From Acaryochloris thomasi RCC1774 (GTDB taxonomy: Bacteria; Cyanobacteriota; Cyanobacteriia; Thermosynechococcales; Thermosynechococcaceae), in contig NZ_PQWO01000009.1 in NCBI RefSeq assembly GCF_003231495.1, positions 60,001 to 92,000 on the forward strand: DNA of 32,000 nt. Reading direction: 5' to 3'. Numbering within the stretch: the stretch's first letter is position 1; every line of letters starts with the position of its first letter. Of this stretch, positions 8,378-16,447 are shown one piece after another. Both the position numbers and the translations under genes were made by a program. Under the pieces are notes generated by a model. It was not told where the DNA came from and did not search any database. It saw only the letters and a list, made by a program, of their open reading frames with translations.

Positions 8378-8584
8378 TCAGGTGTAGAAGAATCCGCAAG
8401 TTTATCAGAAAATATGAGGCTTGTTTCTGGGTAAAGCTAGAACTAACGTGTGCTTTATCACTTTTATCGAGACTGTGCTGCTTGAGAGCAAACACGCCTC
8501 AGCGAAATACATCTTAACAAGAAATATTCTCGCTAATCATACGCTTGATGAGACCCGCAAATCAAGCAAGTTAACCACTCTAGG

Positions 8585-9193
8585 TCAGGAAGACCGCAGG
8601 GCCACAACTGCAAACAGTAAAAAGAGCCCACCCCCTGCCGCCGTAAGGGTCCGTTCTGAGATCCGTCCGCAGATGAATCGACCGCTGCTCACCGCAATTG
8701 CGGCACAGATTGCATGACCCAGTACGGCTCCTAATACAACCCCAATGGGGGGATTAGCTGCTGCGAGGGCTATGGTGGCAATTTGAGTGCGATCGCCCCA
8801 CTCGGCAATGAAGGTTAGCCCGAAGGTTTCCGCAATGACTGCAAAAGGCGTGCTGTTCCGTGTTTGTTCAGCTTTTTCCACGGCTGCCGCGGCTTCTTGT
8901 TCTTCAGAAGCACAGCCTGTTTTAGGCATTCTGCTGGCTTGGTAAAGCAGCTTCAGACCGAAGATGATAAATAAACTTATCTCGATCCATTTCAAGATGT
9001 GCTGAGGCATTAGGGTAGCAGCTTGCCCGACGAGTACTGATAGCGCTGTCATTAAGGCCAGAGCTGTGACGGCCCCAACAAAAACCCAGCGACGACGATG
9101 GCGCATTGCCAGAATCACGGAAATAAAGAAGGTTTTGTCGCCTAGCTCAGAAACGGTGATTAATACAAGGCTGGCTGTAAATGCGGTTAACAT
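8585..9193 (-). CDS. GDT1/TMEM165 (UPF0016) family cation transporter, same family as cyanobacterial Mnx/SynPAM71
   Basis: Two copies of the family signature E-x-G-D-(K/R)-(T/S), ELGDKTF and EWGDRTQ, each at the start of a 3-TM half. 202 aa. Confidence 0.85.
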   Translation of the reverse strand: MLTAFTASLVLITVSELGDKTFFISVILAMRHRRRWVFVGAVTALALMTALSVLVGQAATLMPQHILKWIEISLFIIFGLKLLYQASRMPKTGCASEEQEAAAAVEKAEQTRNSTPFAVIAETFGLTFIAEWGDRTQIATIALAAANPPIGVVLGAVLGHAICAAIAVSSGRFICGRISERTLTAAGGGLFLLFAVVALRSS

Positions 9194-9260
9194 CTTCTCA
9201 ATCCACTTCTCTTTGGTTAGGTCTTAGGGATTATGAGTTGCGATGGTCTCCGACCGGCCT

Positions 9261-10301
9261 TCAGCCATCGCGAATCAACAAATATAAAAAGTAAGGCGCA
9301 CCAATCACGGCAGTGATAATCCCACAGGGTAGTTCAATGGGGGCAAACAGTAAGCGTCCGCATAAATCAGCGACAACTACCACTAACCCACCCGTCAACG
9401 CCGCCACCGGCAACAGTCCTTCATGGGACGGTCCTACCATTTGCCGTCCAATATGAGGAGCCATCAAGCCCACAAAGCTAATACTGCCTGCCGTTGCCAC
9501 TGAAGATCCGGCCAGGGCCACGCTGCTTAGCAACAGTAACCCTCGCTGCACTTCTAGACGACTGCCCAAGCTTCGAGCAATATCGTCTCCAAGCTGCAGA
9601 GCATTGAGTTCTCGGCTCATGAGTAGGCTAAGGAACCCAAACACCAGTAGCCAGGGGGCAAACACCGTCAACTGCTCCCAACTGCGACCGTAGACGCTAC
9701 CGGCTAGCCACACCAATGCCTGACTCACGTTATAGATATTGCCAAAGGTAACCATCAAGTTAGTTAAGGCACCCGCAATCAAGCTGAAGCCAACGCCAAC
9801 CAGAACCAAACGCACGGGTGAGCTACCACCTTTCCAGGCCAGTAGATAAATGAGAATGGCGACGGTTAGTGCGCCACCGAAAGCCGCGAGGGGGATAAAA
9901 GCGATGGGCAATTCTGGGTAGAGCACAATTAGGGTGACGGCGGCTAGGGAGGCTCCAGCGTTAACGCCGATGATGCCGGGTGATGCGAGGGGATTTCGAG
10001 TAATTCCTTGGGTGATTGTGCCTGCGATCGCAAGTCCCATTCCTACACCCCAGGCAACTAAAGTTCTCGGTAGCCGCAGAGTCATCACAATAAAGGCATA
10101 GTCTGGATTATCTGTCTCAAGACCCAGCACCGTTTTAATCACATCCAGCGGCGGAACAAAATATTCACCTTGCCCCACGCTCAGAACCATTGCCGCCAAC
10201 GTAACTAAGACTAATCCCAATATGATCGCTGGAACTCGTCGATCTAAGTGCATCGAGATCGGCAAACTTGAGGGACGCAAAATGAGCCATTGCTGTTTCA
10301 T
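9261..10301 (-). CDS. FecCD-family ABC permease (iron-siderophore type)
   Basis: 346 aa and polytopic. Typical FecCD motifs RLPRTL, LTRNPLASPGIIGVNAGASL and GSISFVGLMAPHIGR. The start lies 1 nt after the stop of the upstream permease. Confidence 0.9.
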   Translation of the reverse strand: MKQQWLILRPSSLPISMHLDRRVPAIILGLVLVTLAAMVLSVGQGEYFVPPLDVIKTVLGLETDNPDYAFIVMTLRLPRTLVAWGVGMGLAIAGTITQGITRNPLASPGIIGVNAGASLAAVTLIVLYPELPIAFIPLAAFGGALTVAILIYLLAWKGGSSPVRLVLVGVGFSLIAGALTNLMVTFGNIYNVSQALVWLAGSVYGRSWEQLTVFAPWLLVFGFLSLLMSRELNALQLGDDIARSLGSRLEVQRGLLLLSSVALAGSSVATAGSISFVGLMAPHIGRQMVGPSHEGLLPVAALTGGLVVVVADLCGRLLFAPIELPCGIITAVIGAPYFLYLLIRDG

Positions 10302-10302
10302 A

Positions 10303-11328
10303 TCAACGCCTTACTTGCCAGCGAGTCAGATAGATGAAAAATGGTGCGCCCACCAGCGGCATTACCAGACCGACCGGTAGCTCTTGGGGCTGAATAATCA
10401 GCCTTGCCCCAATATCGGCAATCAGTAAAAGAATAGCTCCGGTAATTGCGGAGTAGGGCAAGATCCAGCGGTAATCAACGCCTACCCAAAATCGGACGAT
10501 GTGAGGAATGATCAGACCGACAAAACCAATTGGACCTGCGATCGCAACTGAGCCACCGGCCAACAATACAATACTCACTGCAGCAGCGACCTTAATCCAG
10601 AGTGTATTTTGGCCCAGCCCCTGAGCGATGTCCTCACCCAGGCTCAGGGTCGTGAGCTGTTTCCCCATTAACAAGGCAATAATCATACCAACGGCTAGAA
10701 AAGGTAGAACCTGCACCACCAAATCGAGGTCTCGACCCGCCACCGATCCAGCTAACCAAAAGCGGATTTCTTCTAGAGTGCGCTGGCTCAAAATTAAGAC
10801 GCCTGTCGTAATCGAGGAGACCAGCGCAGTGAAAGCGGCCCCCGCAATAGTGAGATTGAGCGGCGTCAATCCGCCGCGCCCCAATGAGCCCAGGAAGTAG
10901 ACGGTGACGGCTGCAATTCCTGCCCCTAGAAGAGCGAATCCGGCATAGATGCTCAGTGAGGTTGTGCCGAGCCAAAAGACCGACCCGACAACGGCGAGTG
11001 AAGCCCCAGCATTAATCCCCAAGATACCGGGATCTGCCAGAGGATTCCGGGTCAATCCCTGCATCATGGCTCCGGCGACGGCAACGGATCCCCCCACAAG
11101 CACAGCGGTGAAGGAGCGCGGTAGCCTAACGGTGCGGATAATAAGTTGTTCTGTCGAGCCATCAAATGCAGTTAGAGAATGGAAAACCGTCTGCAGGCTG
11201 ATATCCGCAACACCCAAAGCCACACTGGCCATAAAACAGATGCAAAGCAGCCCTAACCCCACAAGTATCCCCAAACCCATAGAAAGGGCAGGTCTAGAAG
11301 ATCGACTTTTAGGCGCAATAGTAGCCAC
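10303..11328 (-). CDS. FecCD-family ABC permease (iron-siderophore type)
   Basis: 341 aa. Motifs RLPRSF, LTRNPLADPGILGINAGASL and GPIGFVGLIIPHIVR. GTG start at 11328; an internal ATG start at M17 (11280) is also possible. Confidence 0.9.
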   Translation of the reverse strand: MATIAPKSRSSRPALSMGLGILVGLGLLCICFMASVALGVADISLQTVFHSLTAFDGSTEQLIIRTVRLPRSFTAVLVGGSVAVAGAMMQGLTRNPLADPGILGINAGASLAVVGSVFWLGTTSLSIYAGFALLGAGIAAVTVYFLGSLGRGGLTPLNLTIAGAAFTALVSSITTGVLILSQRTLEEIRFWLAGSVAGRDLDLVVQVLPFLAVGMIIALLMGKQLTTLSLGEDIAQGLGQNTLWIKVAAAVSIVLLAGGSVAIAGPIGFVGLIIPHIVRFWVGVDYRWILPYSAITGAILLLIADIGARLIIQPQELPVGLVMPLVGAPFFIYLTRWQVRR

Positions 11329-11554
11329 AGATAGAAAACTAATTAAAAATTGTTCCTAATTAAGGTTACATTCATTCGTTAAATATTCAGCGACAGATCC
11401 GCTGAGAGAATTTGAGCTACCAAAGTCTCCTCACCCTGAATAAACCTCTACCTGACCTTTCGCTCAACGGGGTAAAGGGCTATGCCTCTTGTCTTAATGA
11501 TACAATTTCCTGATAAGCTCTTTCCCTGCCGTAGGCAATAGATCTTTAGATTGC

Positions 11555-12562
11555 ATGACTCTGTTTCTCTCTATCCCTGAATATTTGAGCCAGTATCCTG
11601 ACGCAGCGGAATTGCAGCAAGCTATTCGGCAGCCGTGGAGTATTCCTCTCAACGATGCTACGGGACGTAGTTATGGCTACCGTCAGGATGTCAACCTGCG
11701 ACCAGGGTTATCCGTCTTAATTGATGACTATACGCTCCAGGACGATTTGATTGTCGAATTGAGCAGTAGTCAAGGTTATGAACCTGCTCGACTGGGATTA
11801 GAGATGAGCTTTCTCCTCTCGGGTCATAACCGAGCTGAAGGGGTTCAAGTCCACCATAATTTTCTCGATGTCAGTTGGGATAGTTCAGATGGTGGACAGT
11901 TTGACTGGCAAGCTGGAGAACGGATCTTGAAGCTTGATATTCATATCGAACCTTATCTATTCGAGACCCTTGTGGGTGAACAGCTTGAGGCGCTCCCCTG
12001 CACCTTCTGTGAGCTAATGCGAAATCCGCAGTTCAGTCATAAAAAATTCAGGCAGGTTGCTCCGACGACGGCCACCATGCAAACGGCTCTTCATCAAATT
12101 TTGCATTGTCCTTACCAAGGCTTAACCCGCTGGCTCTTTTGGGAAAGCAAAGTCTTAGAGCTGATCGCGTTACGGCTAGATCAGATGAGCCAATCAAGCG
12201 CTCCATTGATGACCCCCAATTGGTCTACAGACGATGTGGATCGTATCCATTACGCTAGCAGTATTTTACTTAAACACTTGGTTGATCCGCCTTCTCTTGA
12301 GCAACTAGCGCAGCTAGCAGGACTCAATGATCGCAAGCTCAAAGAAGGCTTTCGGCAGGTGTTCGGTACAACTGTTTTTGGCTACTTAACCCAGTATCGG
12401 ATGGAAAAAGCCTGCCAGCTTCTTAGGCAGCAACAATCAGTGGCGGCGGTCGCGATAGCCGTTGGCTATGCTAGCCCCACAGCCTTTAGTGGCACGTTCC
12501 GGCGACGGTTTGGGATGTCCCCCAAAGGGTACCAGGTGGCAAAACGTAGAAGATATTCGTAA
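11555..12562 (+). CDS. AraC/XylS-family transcriptional regulator, PchR-like by genomic context (module 1)
   Basis: C-terminal double HTH: PPSLEQLAQLAGLNDRKLKEGFRQVFGTTVFGYLTQYRMEKACQLL...VGYASPTAFSGTFRRRFGMSPKGY. Lies directly upstream of a TonB-dependent receptor gene. Confidence 0.9.
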   Translation: MTLFLSIPEYLSQYPDAAELQQAIRQPWSIPLNDATGRSYGYRQDVNLRPGLSVLIDDYTLQDDLIVELSSSQGYEPARLGLEMSFLLSGHNRAEGVQVHHNFLDVSWDSSDGGQFDWQAGERILKLDIHIEPYLFETLVGEQLEALPCTFCELMRNPQFSHKKFRQVAPTTATMQTALHQILHCPYQGLTRWLFWESKVLELIALRLDQMSQSSAPLMTPNWSTDDVDRIHYASSILLKHLVDPPSLEQLAQLAGLNDRKLKEGFRQVFGTTVFGYLTQYRMEKACQLLRQQQSVAAVAIAVGYASPTAFSGTFRRRFGMSPKGYQVAKRRRYS

Positions 12563-12605
12563 ATAGTCCGTTTTAAAGAGAAAAATAGTCCGCTTCAAAG
12601 AGAAA
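12562..12605 (+). promoter_or_regulatory. Tandem 22-bp direct repeat (AATAGTCCGTTTTAAAGAGAAA / AATAGTCCGCTTCAAAGAGAAA); candidate AraC operator of receptor gene 1
   Basis: Read directly: 20 of 22 positions are identical and the two copies are exactly adjacent. The repeat starts within the araC stop codon and lies 88-131 nt upstream of the receptor ATG. The core GTCCG(T/C)TT-N5-AGAAA recurs at 29344-29382. Confidence 0.5.
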
Positions 12606-12634
12606 CACACGCTCCACGCCCCATAGAATTTAAT

Positions 12635-12655
12635 TGCAAATAATTCTTGTTTGCA
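12635..12655. promoter_or_regulatory. AT-rich inverted repeat TGCAAA-N9-TTTGCA; weak Fur-box-like candidate proximal to receptor gene 1
   Basis: Sequence TGCAAATAATTCTTGTTTGCA followed by TATTATC, 38-58 nt upstream of the ATG at 12693. Similarity to the Fur consensus is only partial. Confidence 0.3.
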
Positions 12656-12692
12656 TATTATCGGTGGATCTGATGGTTGAGTGGTGTGGGAA

Positions 12693-15299
12693 ATGATGGT
12701 TACCAAAACGGTACGACTTGGGCTGTTAGCGATAGGTTGGCTAGGGATGACACCTGTGGCTTGGGCCGAGCAGTCTAATGCAGAAAATTTAGGAAAGACC
12801 AAGCATTTAGCTAATCAGCCTGTAGAAGGACTTGTTGCTGCAGATCAGACCATTAAGACGGGAAAAAGCCTTTCTCAGCAACCCCCAGCTTCTACAGTCA
12901 AAGATTGGATAGCTCAAATTAAAGCATCACAAGTGCAAATTATCAGCGTCAATCTAGAACAAACTGAAGCCGGTTTACAGATGACGCTGGATACAACTGA
13001 CGGGACTTTAGAAACTCCAGCAACAACGGTATCGGAGAACACTCTAGTTGCTGAAATTCCGAATGCAGTTTTATCACTGCCGGAGGAAGAGACGTTTGAG
13101 CAAGTTAACCCAGTGCTGGGGATTGCTCTAGTGAGCGTGACGAGTTTACCGAATGATCAGGTGCGGGTGGCGATTACGGGCACAGACGCTCCGCCTACGG
13201 CTGAAATTACAGCCTCTGCATCGGGTTTAGCCTTTGCCGTTTTGCCAGGAACCGTCAGTACTGAAGGCACTGAAGAAGAGGAGCTTGAGATTACCGTTAC
13301 GGCAGAGCAGAGCGGATCTGAATATTTTGTGCCTGAAGCAGGTGTCACCCGCACTGATACTCCTATTCTCGATACCCCTGCCAGTGTGTTTGTGGTTCCG
13401 CGTCAGGTGTTTGAAGACCAGGGAATCACCAAGTTTTCTGATGCACTGAGAACGACACCCGGTGTATCACAAACGTCAGCGCCTAACGCTAACTTTAACA
13501 ATGTGAATATTCGAGGCTTTGATGTCTCTTCTCCCAGTTTGAGAAATGGCGTCCCTGAAGCCTTTTCGTTCTCTCTGCCCAGAGACTTGAGTAATGTAGA
13601 GCGACTGGAAGTTCTCTCTGGCCCTGCATCTATTGTTGGTGGTCAAATTTCTCCCGGTGGCATCATCAATATCGTCACGAAACAGCCTCTTTCATCCCCT
13701 TTCTATGAGCTATCGGCCAGCTATGGCAGTTTCAATACCTTTGACGGAGGGGTAGATCTTTCCGGTCCTCTCAACAGCGATCAGACATTGAGCTACCGTT
13801 TCAATGCTTCGTACCTGCATTCAGATACACGTGTTGATGTAGATAATGTTGATGTTGATCGTATCTCAATCGCACCTGTACTGAGATGGGATATCAGCGA
13901 CCAAACAAAGCTAACCTTTGAAGGACTGTACCTCAACTCAAAAACTCCTCAGCGAACTGGGTTACCTGCTGTTGGTACTGTTTTAGATAACCCCAACGGC
14001 GAAGTCCCGAGAGATCAGTTTGTGGGAGAACCTGATTTTGACGGTAATGATCGACAAATTATTCAAGTTGGCTATAACTTAGAGCATCAATTGAGCGATA
14101 ACTGGAAGCTGCACCATACATTTCGCTACAATAATTTTCAAATTGAGCAAAGAGAAGCCTTTGCCGATGCGCTACAGGATGACTTGCGAACGTTAGAGCG
14201 ATCTGTATTTTTCGGTCAAGATAATTTTAATAATTTTCAAGCAACTGCCTATATAACAGGTCAGTTTGAGACAGGACCTTTTACCCACAAGCTATCAACG
14301 GGTATTGATTATAGCTTTGAAGAAGACTTTTTTAATTTTACCTTTGGCTCTGTTGATGCTGGAAACATTGACATTTTTGAGCCAGTATTTACCGGTATTG
14401 AGGGGCCGATTCCTGTTGCTGAAATTCAAGGTAGAGATACAAATAGAGGGATAGGACTTTATCTTCAAGATCAGCTAAGCTTATTGGATGATCGCCTCAT
14501 CTTTGTGCTAGGTGGGCGAATTGATTTTATACGTTCTTCCACTGAGAGTTTTAGTGACGGCACCCCGGAAGAATCTCAAAGTGATACAGCTTTTAGCCCC
14601 AGAGTCGGAATTCTTTTCAAGCCCATTGAAAATGTTTCTCTATACGGCAGCTTTAGCCGCTCCTTTCAACAAGTCACGGGCATTAGTGCGACTGGCGAAC
14701 TATTTTCACCCTCTCGCGGAACTCAATACGAAGTTGGTGTCAAAGCGGACTGGCTCGATAAAAGACTCTCGACCACACTTGCTTTTTTCGACATCACTCA
14801 ATCGAATGTTCTGACAACCGATCCTAATAATCCTGCCTTTGAAATTCAAACAGGAGAGCAGCACAGTCGTGGAGTTGAGCTATCGGCCCAGGGAGAAATT
14901 CTACCCAATTGGAACGTGATTGCGTCCTATGCCTACACAGATGCAAAAGTGACGGAAGACAATAATATTCCCGTGGGCAATCGCTTTGCAAATGTGCCGG
15001 AGCACTCTGCTAGCCTATGGACGACTTACACCATACCTAGCGGTAGCTTGGCAGGATTGGGTTTTGGTCTAGGGCTATTCTATGTCGGAGAGCGGCAGGG
15101 AGATTTAGAGAATTCTTTTCAAATACCGAGCTATTTCAGAACCGATGCAGCTATTTACTATAAACGCGATAGATTCAAAATTGGGTTGAATGTGAAAAAT
15201 CTGTTTGACATTGACTATATAGAATCTAGTGACGACATTCTCAGAGTTAACGTCGCTGACCCCCTTACTGTCCAATTGTCAGTTTCTTATGAGTTTTAG
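12693..15299 (+). CDS. TonB-dependent siderophore receptor with an N-terminal AMIN-like extension (module 1)
   Basis: Signal peptide MMVTKTVRLGLLAIGWLGMTPVAWA, so ATG 12693 is preferred over the track's GTG 12681. An extension of about 120 aa is followed by the TonB-box-like ELEITVTAE and plug motifs TDTPILDTPASVFVVPRQV and RGF. A long beta-barrel ends ...LSVSYEF with a terminal Phe. Confidence 0.9.
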   Translation: MMVTKTVRLGLLAIGWLGMTPVAWAEQSNAENLGKTKHLANQPVEGLVAADQTIKTGKSLSQQPPASTVKDWIAQIKASQVQIISVNLEQTEAGLQMTLDTTDGTLETPATTVSENTLVAEIPNAVLSLPEEETFEQVNPVLGIALVSVTSLPNDQVRVAITGTDAPPTAEITASASGLAFAVLPGTVSTEGTEEEELEITVTAEQSGSEYFVPEAGVTRTDTPILDTPASVFVVPRQVFEDQGITKFSDALRTTPGVSQTSAPNANFNNVNIRGFDVSSPSLRNGVPEAFSFSLPRDLSNVERLEVLSGPASIVGGQISPGGIINIVTKQPLSSPFYELSASYGSFNTFDGGVDLSGPLNSDQTLSYRFNASYLHSDTRVDVDNVDVDRISIAPVLRWDISDQTKLTFEGLYLNSKTPQRTGLPAVGTVLDNPNGEVPRDQFVGEPDFDGNDRQIIQVGYNLEHQLSDNWKLHHTFRYNNFQIEQREAFADALQDDLRTLERSVFFGQDNFNNFQATAYITGQFETGPFTHKLSTGIDYSFEEDFFNFTFGSVDAGNIDIFEPVFTGIEGPIPVAEIQGRDTNRGIGLYLQDQLSLLDDRLIFVLGGRIDFIRSSTESFSDGTPEESQSDTAFSPRVGILFKPIENVSLYGSFSRSFQQVTGISATGELFSPSRGTQYEVGVKADWLDKRLSTTLAFFDITQSNVLTTDPNNPAFEIQTGEQHSRGVELSAQGEILPNWNVIASYAYTDAKVTEDNNIPVGNRFANVPEHSASLWTTYTIPSGSLAGLGFGLGLFYVGERQGDLENSFQIPSYFRTDAAIYYKRDRFKIGLNVKNLFDIDYIESSDDILRVNVADPLTVQLSVSYEF

Positions 15300-15368
15300 G
15301 ATTGGGGCTGAGTTCTTAAACAATGACCTAGATCTTTTATATTTCAGTAGAATAAGTTCAGTCAAGTT

Positions 15369-16445
15369 GTGAAAAAAATACAGTTAAAGAAAACAGTACT
15401 CTATGGAAAATCTACGATTAATTGGATTTCAATCCATTGCAATCGCAGTTTCCGAATGTTTCTCTTATTCGCAATGACCGCCTTGATCATCGCTTGTAAT
15501 CACGCCTCAAATCCGGCTGTCACTTCCCCCACTGATTGTCGAACGATTCAACATGCAATGGGAGAAAGCTGTGTTCCTACTACCCCCCAGCGCTTAGTGG
15601 CCCTGAGTTCGCCCACAATGGCAGATGCGATCGCACTAGGCGTACGGCCGATTGGTACAGTTTTACAAGACTTTGATTTTCAAAAAGCTCCGCCCTATCT
15701 AGAAGGACGACTACAGGGCATTGAAATTGTAGGCAAAGAAGAGCAGCCTGACCTAGAAAAAATTCTATCGCTTAAACCCGATCTTATTATTGGCCTGCAA
15801 TATGACTCTGAGCCAGTCTATGACAAACTCTCACAAATTTCTCCAACCGTTTTAGATGATTGGAAGGGCTACCCTTCTTGGAAAGAACACTTTGATTTTG
15901 TGGCTCAAGCTTTAGGTAAAACCGAAGCAGCCCAACAAATATGGTCGCAGTACGATCAACGTATTCAAGAGTTGAGAACAGCCCTTGGTCCAGCTTACTC
16001 GGATCTTGAAATCTCATTTGTGAGGGTCTGCTGCGGCAATTGGGCCACGGATGTCAAAAACTCTTTTAGCGGCATGATTCTTGAAGATGTCGGCCTAAGT
16101 CGTCCCCCTGCTCAGGATATTGAAGTTGAAAATGGACTTGTTTTTCTCTCTGAAGAGGCCCTCACTCAGTTTGATGGCGACATTATTTTTCTGGTTGTCG
16201 ATGCAGATCAAGATTCTGCAGATGCCTTAGAGCAGCTTAAGCAGAAACCCCTTTGGCACAAACTGAAAGCTGTACAGCAAGGGAAAGTCTATCCCGTCAA
16301 TCTTGCAACATGGCGGGGCGGAAATCCCTTAGCTGCTGATGCCGTAATCGATGACCTTTTCAAATATTTGGTAAAAGTTCCAGATTCACAAGGCTCGAAG
16401 TCAGATCACAAAAATACGATGGCCGAGAATGCTCCTACTCGATAA
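15369..16445 (+). CDS. FhuD-like (type-2 periplasmic binding protein) iron-siderophore ABC substrate-binding lipoprotein (module 1)
   Basis: Hydrophobic leader with lipobox MFLLFAMTALIIAC. Family pattern RLVALS...LGV.PIG...KPDLIIG...LWHKLKAVQQGKVYPV. The start is uncertain: GTG 15369 or ATG 15456. Confidence 0.85.
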   Translation: MKKIQLKKTVLYGKSTINWISIHCNRSFRMFLLFAMTALIIACNHASNPAVTSPTDCRTIQHAMGESCVPTTPQRLVALSSPTMADAIALGVRPIGTVLQDFDFQKAPPYLEGRLQGIEIVGKEEQPDLEKILSLKPDLIIGLQYDSEPVYDKLSQISPTVLDDWKGYPSWKEHFDFVAQALGKTEAAQQIWSQYDQRIQELRTALGPAYSDLEISFVRVCCGNWATDVKNSFSGMILEDVGLSRPPAQDIEVENGLVFLSEEALTQFDGDIIFLVVDADQDSADALEQLKQKPLWHKLKAVQQGKVYPVNLATWRGGNPLAADAVIDDLFKYLVKVPDSQGSKSDHKNTMAENAPTR

Positions 16446-16447
16446 AT

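Noticed and set aside
10628-11359. Three track ORFs (10628-10900 +, 10634-10975 -, 10949-11359 +) overlapping the first FecCD permease
   Set aside because: All overlap the well-supported permease frame. Their products are low-complexity with no recognisable motifs, typical of alternative-frame artefacts in GC-skewed membrane-protein genes.
12437-12802. 121-aa minus-strand ORF bridging the araC-1 3' end and the receptor-1 5' end
   Set aside because: It is antisense to two well-supported genes and crosses the regulatory repeat region. No motifs are recognisable.
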